DNA from: Candidatus Parcubacteria bacterium
GTDB taxonomy: Bacteria > Patescibacteriota > Minisyncoccia > Phycocordibacterales > UBA918
Direction: 5' to 3'
DNA: 35,459 bases
NCBI GenBank assembly: GCA_041173745.1
Contig: JBEDID010000003.1
Location: 1 to 35,459 of the forward strand
The translations under genes were made by a program, and so were the position numbers. The notes beneath the pieces were generated by a model. That model saw nothing but the letters and a program-made list of their open reading frames with translations. It was not told where the DNA came from and did not search any database. Below, in pieces: positions 9,451-17,537 of the stretch (the first letter of the stretch is position 1; the number at the start of each line of letters is the position of its first letter).

Positions 9451-11274
9451 CTACCAAGACCCGCCTCCCCCGCCGCCAGAACCACCACCAGACGAGCCGC
9501 CGCCAAATGAACCAGAACCACCTGAAGATTGGGGAGATACTGACATTCCGCTTGATATCGCTCCTGTAAACATTACCAGATGTTGACCAAATGAAATAGT
9601 ATCAAAAGTACCATAATTACTTGTATACCATTGGGGAGAATCTATAATCACATCTTTAAATATCTCTGCCCACTGAGACTCAACACCTAAAGCAATTGCA
9701 TAAGGTAAATATTCCATAAACTTTTCGGGATTCAAGGATGGTGCATTATGGAACTCAAAACGCTCCTTATCAGTCACTGACAAAAAAAGTTTAAAGCCCT
9801 TGAGATGATTTAGTGCTTCAAAACCCAATTTAGTTCTTCGTTCAGAGAAAATTGTTATCGTTATAACTACTGCAACAATGAAAATAATTACAAATATAAA
9901 AGCGTACGGTACATTAATTAAAAGAGCGTTCAAAAAAACCATTACCATTACCGCAATAAAAATAAAAGAAATAACCGTCTCAGACTTTATCACTTTGTCT
10001 AGAAATCCTTTTGTCACCATCTCATTTTTTACCTCATTTTTTAAATCTTTGATTAGGGAATAGTTACTGCGTAACAATTCTTTATTTGATTTAACTTTAG
10101 ACAACAAAACTGTCTTAGGCACAGTATTGAGCACGACGTCTTGATATTTTGAATTAAAAGCACGCATAAAATCAGAAGACAGGGATTCTTGCGTCGCACC
10201 GCCTGTATCGCGAAAAATGAGCCTTAGCAATTTTCGATAAGGCACAGAAGCACTTTCATTCTCTGATTTGAGTAGCGTTATTTCATAATCATCAACCTCA
10301 AACAACAACCAAGCCTTTCTGGTCACCTCCTTGATTGAAATAAAACCATTTTGCGCCAAAAATATTAGTCCGGCGGTAATATCTCTTGCGTGCAATTTAT
10401 TATCAAACAAAACACCGGAAAACAAAGGATTAATATTCTGATATGGCTCATATTGCGGGACAACAACCGTACTACTTCTATTTTTGGTTCGCCAGTTATA
10501 AGCAAGATAAATAAACACACACAATAAAGCTGTGATTAAAACAAACAAGACAACGATAGTTTTAATTCTCTCTAATTTTAATATTGGGCTCGATAGAAAA
10601 AGCTCTTGAGCAACTGTAAGATTATCTCCCGGAATCAAAACCCGCTGTTTGAAAAAGGTTCTTCCGTACGAAGTATAGGAGTCATCACATTTATCCACCA
10701 CTCCAAATACACCTGCATAACAATCAAAATGTTCACCCTGCATTTTTTTAACACCACCAGAGACAATTGTTACCACTTGTAAAATCGGAATTTCCCACTC
10801 ATTTCCGGTCACATTCCAATACAGCTCTGTTCCATTCTTATTTTCTGACAAAGCCCCGCGGGCGCGGTAGGTAATTTCGTAGACATGTTGGCCGGTGATT
10901 GTGTTGTTTGGGTTACCGATTTTTACTGATAAGCCTGGGTAACTTTCTAGAGCATAAGGTTCTGCAACGCCGTCACGAGTGACAGAAATAAGTTCATATT
11001 CAACATACCGTTCTTTATACCAAGCTGAATCCGGCTGTGCGTGTTTTTCTGAAATACTACGATAAATACCGTGTTTCTGTACTCCTTCAAAATCGTAGGT
11101 GATGGTTTCAGTAATATCTAAAGAGCTGTCGGATTGGATTGTAATATCACTAACGAATGAGGTGATTTGTTCGGCCGAAACTGTTCCTACCCACAAAAAC
11201 CAGATGGTCACAACAAAAAACAGCCACTTTGTAGAAGGGGTTAGTCTGTCTACAAAAGTGGCTGTATTCAACAT
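9451..11274 (-). CDS. DUF2207 family membrane protein
   Basis: AEQITSF, ELYWNVTGNEW, YLPYAIALGV and the Gly/Ser-rich GGGGGGSW terminus. Confidence 0.9.
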   Translation of the reverse strand: MLNTATFVDRLTPSTKWLFFVVTIWFLWVGTVSAEQITSFVSDITIQSDSSLDITETITYDFEGVQKHGIYRSISEKHAQPDSAWYKERYVEYELISVTRDGVAEPYALESYPGLSVKIGNPNNTITGQHVYEITYRARGALSENKNGTELYWNVTGNEWEIPILQVVTIVSGGVKKMQGEHFDCYAGVFGVVDKCDDSYTSYGRTFFKQRVLIPGDNLTVAQELFLSSPILKLERIKTIVVLFVLITALLCVFIYLAYNWRTKNRSSTVVVPQYEPYQNINPLFSGVLFDNKLHARDITAGLIFLAQNGFISIKEVTRKAWLLFEVDDYEITLLKSENESASVPYRKLLRLIFRDTGGATQESLSSDFMRAFNSKYQDVVLNTVPKTVLLSKVKSNKELLRSNYSLIKDLKNEVKNEMVTKGFLDKVIKSETVISFIFIAVMVMVFLNALLINVPYAFIFVIIFIVAVVITITIFSERRTKLGFEALNHLKGFKLFLSVTDKERFEFHNAPSLNPEKFMEYLPYAIALGVESQWAEIFKDVIIDSPQWYTSNYGTFDTISFGQHLVMFTGAISSGMSVSPQSSGGSGSFGGGSSGGGSGGGGGGSW

Positions 11275-11281
11275 AGATTAA

Positions 11282-11854
11282 TTAGAAACCGACTTTTACT
11301 GGTTCTCGTTCGGTGCTGTTTTCGGCTAGTTCGAAGAATTCCTGAGCCACAAAATTGAACATGCTCCCAATAATGTTTGATGGGAATGATTGGAGAGCGA
11401 TATTGAGGTCGCGGACATTGCCGTTGTAGAAACGACGAGCAGCTTGAATTTTGTTTTCGGTATCGGACAATTCGCGTTGTAGTTCGAGGAAGTTAGTATT
11501 AGCTTTCAAATCTGGGTAAGCTTCAGCTACAGCCAAAAGTTTTCCGAGTGAGGCAGTTAAGCCTGATTCGGCACCAGCCATTGCTTTCATTTGTTCTGGC
11601 GTCATACTACCAACATCAACGTGTACTTGCGTTGCTTTAGCTCGAGCTTCGGTTACAGCATCAAAAGTCTCACGCTCATGTGAAGCATAACCCTTAACAG
11701 TCTCTACTAAGTTAGGAATAAGGTCGTAGCGACGCTTTAGCTGTACATCAATATCTGCCCAAGCTTCCTTAGCCTGTTGCGTCAGCTTTACGAATCGGTT
11801 GTACAAAGAAACTCCATACACCGCTAGCACCACAAATATAATTAAAGTCCACAT
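11282..11854 (-). CDS. lemA: LemA family protein
   Basis: AWADIDVQLKRRYDLIPNLVETVKGY, EAYPDLKAN and ENKIQAARRFYN; ATG at 11854 (alternative TTG at 11863). Confidence 0.95.
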   Translation of the reverse strand: MWTLIIFVVLAVYGVSLYNRFVKLTQQAKEAWADIDVQLKRRYDLIPNLVETVKGYASHERETFDAVTEARAKATQVHVDVGSMTPEQMKAMAGAESGLTASLGKLLAVAEAYPDLKANTNFLELQRELSDTENKIQAARRFYNGNVRDLNIALQSFPSNIIGSMFNFVAQEFFELAENSTEREPVKVGF

Positions 11855-11940
11855 AAAATCCAAATTTACTTTTATAATGATTAAATTTAATTAATGATAC
11901 CACACAATATACTTATTTTTGTCTATTTTTGCTGAAAAAC

Positions 11941-11969
11941 AAAAAGGGCTCGCGCAGCGAGCCCTTTTT
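11941..11969. terminator. groEL intrinsic terminator
   Basis: AAAAAGGGCTCGC-GCA-GCGAGCCCTTTTT perfect hairpin. Confidence 0.9.
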
Positions 11970-11983
11970 CATCTAATTAATCT

Positions 11984-13639
11984 TTAGTACATTCCTCCGC
12001 CCATTCCTCCCATGCCGCCCATATCGGGCATGCCTGGTTTGTCGGCTTCTGGAGCGTCAGCAATCGCTGCTTCAGAAGTTAGAAGAATCGCAGCGGCTGA
12101 GACAGCGTGCTGTACTCCGGCTCGCTCCACCTTTACTGGGTCGATAATTCCCGCCTTAATCATGTCATCAATCATTTCAGCTTTAGCAGCATCATAACCA
12201 GCATTGCCGCCTGCTTCCTTAACTTTCTGCACAATCACCGCTCCGTCATGCTTACCTGTATTATCGGCAATTTGTCGCAAGGGCATTTCGAGCGCCTTGA
12301 GCACAATGTTGTAACCAATCAGTTCTTCTCGTTCAAGATTTTTCTTACTTGAAAGTCCTTTTTCAACAATACCGGCTGCACGAGCAAGAGCAGTTCCTCC
12401 ACCGGGCACAATCCCCTCTTCAATCGCAGCCTTGGTAGCGTTTACTGCGTCTTCAATCTTAAGTTTAAGATACTTCATTTCGGTTTCAGTGGCGGCTCCT
12501 ACTCGGATTACGGCCACTCCGCCAGCCAATTTAGCAATTCTTTCCTCTAGCTTGTCTTTGTCGAACTTTGAAGTTGCTTGTTCAAGCTGAGACTTAAGCG
12601 CATTAACACGATCAGTGATAGTCGCTTTTTTACCAGCGCCGCCAACGACAGTAGTAGCTTCTTTAGTAGCGACGACTCGGTCTGCTTTACCGAGTTGAGC
12701 TAATTCAGTATTTTCTAGCTTCAAACCAACATCTTCAGAAATAACTTGAGCGCCGGTTGTGACTGCAATGTCAGCTAAGATTTCTTTCTTTCGATCACCA
12801 TAGCCTGGAGCCTTTACTGCCAACACTGAAAATCCACCTTTAAGCTTATTGACCACCAAAGTTGCCAACGCCTCGCCATCAACATCATCAGCAATAATTA
12901 TCAATTCTTTTTTACCGGTTTGAGCCACCTTTTCCAATAACGGTAGGATTTCTTGCACTGAAGAAATCTTCTTGTCAGTAATTAAAATATGAACATCTTT
13001 ATATTCTGCTTCCATTCGTTCAGGGTTAGTCACCATGTATGGAGAAACATAACCTCGGTCAAATTGCATGCCTTCGGTAAATTCAGTTTCAATACCAAAT
13101 GATTGAGATTCCTCAACCGTCACTACACCGTCCTTACCGACTTTATCAATAGTTTCAGCAATTTTTTCACCCAATTCAACACTTTCGGCTGAAATTGTCG
13201 CTACTTGCTTAATCTCATCAAGTGAAGAAATTTGCGTTGCCATTTTTTGTAAAGTAGCGACCACATCTTTAGCCGCGTGTTCCATTCCAATTCGCACAGC
13301 CATTGCATTCACACCCATAGTGGTCTGCTTAAGACCTTCATTCACAAGGGCTTGCATCAGAACTGTTGCAGTAGTTGTACCATCGCCAGCTAATTCATTA
13401 GTTTTGTTGGCCACTTCTTTAACCATTTCAGCGCCCATGTTTTCAAATTTGTCTTTGAGTACAATTTCTTTAGCAATCGTCACGCCGTCATTAGTGATTA
13501 ACGGTCCACCGTAACCTTTATCAATAATCACATTCCGTCCCCGGGGGCCTAAAGTAACCTTAACTGCGTTCGCTACAGTATCAACTCCGCGCTGCAACTT
13601 TTTCTTTACGTCCTCTCCAAACAATACTTCTTTTGCCAT
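11984..13639 (-). CDS. groL: Chaperonin GroEL
   Basis: VTLGPRGRNV, AGDGTTTATVL, GMQFDRGY and GGM tail. Confidence 0.99.
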   Translation of the reverse strand: MAKEVLFGEDVKKKLQRGVDTVANAVKVTLGPRGRNVIIDKGYGGPLITNDGVTIAKEIVLKDKFENMGAEMVKEVANKTNELAGDGTTTATVLMQALVNEGLKQTTMGVNAMAVRIGMEHAAKDVVATLQKMATQISSLDEIKQVATISAESVELGEKIAETIDKVGKDGVVTVEESQSFGIETEFTEGMQFDRGYVSPYMVTNPERMEAEYKDVHILITDKKISSVQEILPLLEKVAQTGKKELIIIADDVDGEALATLVVNKLKGGFSVLAVKAPGYGDRKKEILADIAVTTGAQVISEDVGLKLENTELAQLGKADRVVATKEATTVVGGAGKKATITDRVNALKSQLEQATSKFDKDKLEERIAKLAGGVAVIRVGAATETEMKYLKLKIEDAVNATKAAIEEGIVPGGGTALARAAGIVEKGLSSKKNLEREELIGYNIVLKALEMPLRQIADNTGKHDGAVIVQKVKEAGGNAGYDAAKAEMIDDMIKAGIIDPVKVERAGVQHAVSAAAILLTSEAAIADAPEADKPGMPDMGGMGGMGGGMY

Positions 13640-13662
13640 ATTTTTAAATTAATTACTTTAAA

Positions 13663-13995
13663 CTAGTTGACAAACACACCTAAAATACTCGCTTCTGAAA
13701 CGATGTAATACTCTTCATTTTGATATTTCAATTCATCAAATCCGTATTTTGAAAATATCACCCGGTCGCCAATTTTTACTTCTAAAGGAATCCGCTTGGT
13801 GCCTGATTCATCCCACTTTCCTGGTCCAGTCGCAATCACTATGCCTTGTTCTGGTTTTTCCTTCTTGGCTGTATCTGGAATAATAATTCCCGAGGCGGAA
13901 ACAGTTCCTAACTCTAGCTCGGTTAATGGTCGAACGATAATCCGATCACCCAATGGCTGAATCGGACTTATGGTTTTCTTTGTAGTCCCTGACAT
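13663..13995 (-). CDS. groS: Co-chaperonin GroES
   Basis: PLGDRIIV, SGIIIPDTAKKEKP and VKIGDRVIFSKY; directly upstream of groL. Confidence 0.97.
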   Translation of the reverse strand: MSGTTKKTISPIQPLGDRIIVRPLTELELGTVSASGIIIPDTAKKEKPEQGIVIATGPGKWDESGTKRIPLEVKIGDRVIFSKYGFDELKYQNEEYYIVSEASILGVFVN

Positions 13996-14059
13996 AACTT
14001 TTCTCTATAATTAAAAACAACAAATAATTCTCTTCTAACAACAAATGTGACTAGCGACG

Positions 14060-14175
14060 TACCCCAGGGCATCTTCTCTCGCTACGCGATTCACCTTATA
14101 CCCCAGGGCATCTTCTCTCGCTACGCGATTCACCTTATACCCCAGGGCATCTTCTCTGGCTTCGCCATTCACCTC
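14060..14175. repeat. Three tandem 39-bp repeats upstream of groES
   Basis: TACCCCAGGGCATCTTCTCTCGCTACGCGATTCACCTTA twice (14060, 14099) plus a variant third copy at 14138. Confidence 0.95.
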
Positions 14176-14209
14176 ACCAAAAAACATCCAACATCCCCGT
14201 CGTGACGCT

Positions 14210-14237
14210 ATTATACGACAGCCGAGTCTGAAGTCAA
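14210..14237 (-). promoter_or_regulatory. Putative sigma70 promoter of groESL
   Basis: TTGACT-N16-TATAAT on the minus strand. Confidence 0.6.
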
Positions 14238-14246
14238 AAAATACTA

Positions 14247-14274
14247 TTGACATAATCTGTTAAAGTTATAGAAT
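14247..14274 (+). promoter_or_regulatory. Putative divergent sigma70 promoter
   Basis: TTGACA-N16-TAGAAT upstream of the gene at 14367. Confidence 0.55.
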
Positions 14275-14366
14275 CCCAAACAGCCGACATTTTTATTTGT
14301 TTTAGCTAAACTTTTAACAAAAAACCTAAATGTTGTTCTTTCACATATTAAATAAGGAGCTTTCTA

Positions 14367-15269
14367 GTGAATAAAACAGAAGCAAGTAAAAACACATTTT
14401 ATCTTAGCGTCAAAGGTTTTAATGTACGTATAGAACAATGTTACCAAAAGGCAGCCTCGATGATGGCTAAATTCCTTAAAAAGGAAACTGCTATTGATGT
14501 TGAATTTTTAAGACATTTCTTTACTGTCTTAATGACAATGTTAATTTCCATCTATCTCTCAATTACGTATATGGGTTGGATTATTGATAATATCGATATT
14601 TCGATGCCGTTAGCAATAATGGCTTCTGTATACATTATTTTATTCATAGCCTGGAGAAAGCTTTATGTGCTAAGCAAGGAATATATTAACGACAACAACC
14701 GAGCATCATTAAACGTTCTTGAAAAATGGTTTGTACCGTTAAAAACCACCACCCTTACCCTGGTCTTTTTTACATCAATAACACTGATGATTTTAATTTA
14801 TAACTATTTGTTCGATTCAATAAGTCTATTGGAGCTAATTGGACTACCAATCTCAACTTTAGTACTCATGTTTATTGTCCATTTACTTATCAGGGATTTA
14901 GAACCAAATTTTGTTAAGATTGTTAGAATAGCGGACAAAGAATTCTGTTGCGAAAAAGCCCATATTTCGACCTTAGCAAGAAACTACTGGGTTCAATCGC
15001 TAGACGACCCAAGGGAAGTCATCGACAAACTATTAACCTTTATTGATTACTGGCTGTACAATCAATCGACAGCAGCCAGCAAGTTCCTGAGGAAGATTGG
15101 GCCGGAGGGTTATGAATTATTGGATGATTACGATAAATTCTTCGAAGGGTATTCTAATTATTCTATTCCGCAAGCCATGATAAAAAAACTTTGCACCTAT
15201 GCAATTAGAGGTATTTCAGTCAAACAAGCATTAAATCTGATAATTGAGAAGAAAAAATATAAATCATAA
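14367..15269 (+). CDS. Hypothetical membrane protein (about 4 TM), AT-rich
   Basis: 300-aa ORF with AAGGAG before the GTG start, four hydrophobic segments and a downstream terminator. Confidence 0.7.
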   Translation: MNKTEASKNTFYLSVKGFNVRIEQCYQKAASMMAKFLKKETAIDVEFLRHFFTVLMTMLISIYLSITYMGWIIDNIDISMPLAIMASVYIILFIAWRKLYVLSKEYINDNNRASLNVLEKWFVPLKTTTLTLVFFTSITLMILIYNYLFDSISLLELIGLPISTLVLMFIVHLLIRDLEPNFVKIVRIADKEFCCEKAHISTLARNYWVQSLDDPREVIDKLLTFIDYWLYNQSTAASKFLRKIGPEGYELLDDYDKFFEGYSNYSIPQAMIKKLCTYAIRGISVKQALNLIIEKKKYKS

Positions 15270-15300
15270 CACTCAAGCAAGCTCTTTACTTTAACCAGCC

Positions 15301-15342
15301 AACCTTCTACTTAATCTTAATTATAGTAGGAGGTTGTTTTTA
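15301..15342 (+). terminator. Putative intrinsic terminator
   Basis: AACCTTCTACT...AGTAGGAGGTT followed by GTTTTTT. Confidence 0.6.
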
Positions 15343-15390
15343 TGTTGCACCGCTTGCCTCTCGCCTATTTTTCTGCTATGCTCTCGGGGC

Positions 15391-15630
15391 ATGAATATTA
15401 TCGATTCGGTGCTTCCAGCACTGCCGTACATCCAGATAATCCTCTCCGTCCTTCTCGTTGCAGCAATTTTGCTTCAGCAGCGTGGTTCTAGTTTGGGAGG
15501 AGCATTTGGTGGCGACAATTTTAGTTCAGCTTTCCATAAGCGTCGTGGCGCTGAGCTGTTTCTATTCAAGTTTTCTATTGGAATTGCGGTACTGTTTGTA
15601 CTAGCAACGTTCTTGAACATCCTCGCGTAA
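15391..15630 (+). CDS. secG: Preprotein translocase subunit SecG
   Basis: ILLQQRGSSLGGAFGG...RRGAE..L with two TM helices; ATG 15391 after TGC-TATGCT. Confidence 0.9.
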   Translation: MNIIDSVLPALPYIQIILSVLLVAAILLQQRGSSLGGAFGGDNFSSAFHKRRGAELFLFKFSIGIAVLFVLATFLNILA

Positions 15631-15756
15631 TTCGCGGTTTTTTCTTAAACTCCAATACTCTTGCTCTAGATTTGCAGGCCATTTTGTTTGCGTGTTTTGA
15701 AACACAAGATCTTAGTTTGATCATTTACTTCACCTCTTACTTATCTATATATTTAT

Positions 15757-17499
15757 ATGGAAACACACTCTGGATCATCGGCCCGATTACTCGACCGATT
15801 CCTTAGCCTCATCGAGGTTACTCATGGTAGTAGCGATCGCCTGATACTGCGTTTGGCTCTATTTGCTGTGGTTGGAACGGCCATCTGGTTACTTTTTTCG
15901 CTCAATCAGCATTACTCAGCTGTTACTCCTACTCGGGGCGGCTCTATTTCTGAAGGAATTGTTGGAACACCACGATTTGTAAACCCAGCACTAGCGGCCA
16001 CCCGAGCCGATCAAGACGTAACCGCTTTGGTTTACAGTGGACTAATGAAAATAATGCCTGATGGCACGCTAGCTAACGACGTAGCTGAATCAATCACTGT
16101 TTCTGATGATGGCCTTACTTACAACATAGTTTTACGTAAGGACGTTAGTTTTCACGACAATACACCACTAACTGCACATGATGTTGTTTACACAATCCAA
16201 CTGATTCAAGATGCAAATCTCAAAAGTCCGATTCGAGGCAACTGGACTGATGTTACTATTCAAGAAATTGGTGAGTATGAATTAAACGTCATCCTCGAAG
16301 AGGCTTACGCTCCTTTTATTGAAAATTTTACGCTCGGCATTATGCCGGCTCATGCTTGGAGCAGTCTTCCGATTGAACAATTACCATTTAGTGCACTTAA
16401 TACTGAACCAATTGGATCAGGACCGTTCGCCATCACATCCGCTAAACGTGACACATCTGGTTTGATTAATCATTACACCCTACAAGCTTTTCACAACAAC
16501 GGCTATGATCCAAAAATCGACCAATTTGAACTAGCCTTCTTCCAAAATGAAGATTCGTTAATGACAGCATTAATGAACAAAACTATAGATTCAACCACTT
16601 ACGCACCACCGGAACAAATTCAAGCAGTCTTGGACACTGGCAAGTATCAGTTAGTAGAAGAACCTCTACCTCGTACTTTTGGCATTTTCTTTAACCAAAA
16701 TCGCTCCGTTGCTTTACGAGACAAATCAGTACGTGAAGCCTTGACAGTTGCCATAAATCGCGATGAATTAATAGAAACCGCCCTCCATGGCTACGGTGTC
16801 CCCATAAATGAACCTACCGCTTTTCTTTCGACTGAGTTAGAATCAAAGGACGCCATTCAAAATATAGCGACTAGCTCGCTCGACCAAGCCGCTACCATCC
16901 TTGAAGCTGGAGGTTGGTCAAAGAATGATCTGGGGTACTGGGAGAAAGAAATTGATAAAGAGACAGTCACTCTCAGTATCACCCTTAAGACCGGCAACGC
17001 TCCTCTATTTGAATCTCTCGTCAGCAATATTTCTGCACAATGGAAAGAGCTGGGTGTTGAGGTTACCACAGAGCAGTTTGAACAAACCGGATTAGTACAG
17101 TCAGTTATCCGGCCGCGAGACTTCGAAGCCTTGTTGTTTGGATTAGACATGAGTCGATCTTATGAACTATATCCTTTTTGGCATTCGTCTCAACAAAATG
17201 ACCCGGGGCTAAATATCGCCCAATACGCCAACGTTGAAGTAGACAATTTATTGCAAAAAGCTCGTTCCGAACAACTTGTACCAACCAGAATTGCCTTACT
17301 ACAAGCAGCCAGCGAAATAATTGTTAAGGAGCGGCCGGCCATTTTTCTCTTCCAGCCAACCCTGACATATTTAGTAAGTAACGACATGACCATACCAGAC
17401 ATACATTCTCTCGGAAGACCGGCCGACCGCTTCAGCAACATTACCCAGTGGCACACCGAAAAAGACTCCCTTTGGCCAATGTTCCGAGACAATATATAA
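15757..17499 (+). CDS. Family 5 (OppA/DppA-like) ABC substrate-binding protein with N-terminal membrane anchor
   Basis: GG...EG.VG.P.F.NP, DGLTY...LRKDV.FHD..PLTA.DV.YT, PIGSGPF and VREAL..AINR motifs. Confidence 0.9.
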   Translation: METHSGSSARLLDRFLSLIEVTHGSSDRLILRLALFAVVGTAIWLLFSLNQHYSAVTPTRGGSISEGIVGTPRFVNPALAATRADQDVTALVYSGLMKIMPDGTLANDVAESITVSDDGLTYNIVLRKDVSFHDNTPLTAHDVVYTIQLIQDANLKSPIRGNWTDVTIQEIGEYELNVILEEAYAPFIENFTLGIMPAHAWSSLPIEQLPFSALNTEPIGSGPFAITSAKRDTSGLINHYTLQAFHNNGYDPKIDQFELAFFQNEDSLMTALMNKTIDSTTYAPPEQIQAVLDTGKYQLVEEPLPRTFGIFFNQNRSVALRDKSVREALTVAINRDELIETALHGYGVPINEPTAFLSTELESKDAIQNIATSSLDQAATILEAGGWSKNDLGYWEKEIDKETVTLSITLKTGNAPLFESLVSNISAQWKELGVEVTTEQFEQTGLVQSVIRPRDFEALLFGLDMSRSYELYPFWHSSQQNDPGLNIAQYANVEVDNLLQKARSEQLVPTRIALLQAASEIIVKERPAIFLFQPTLTYLVSNDMTIPDIHSLGRPADRFSNITQWHTEKDSLWPMFRDNI

Positions 17500-17537
17500 A
17501 CCTTTGCCATACTATAAACAACATTATCTGAAATTTT

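Noticed and set aside
14060-14175. Possible mini CRISPR array
   Set aside because: Units are head-to-tail with no unique spacers, and there are no cas genes in the window
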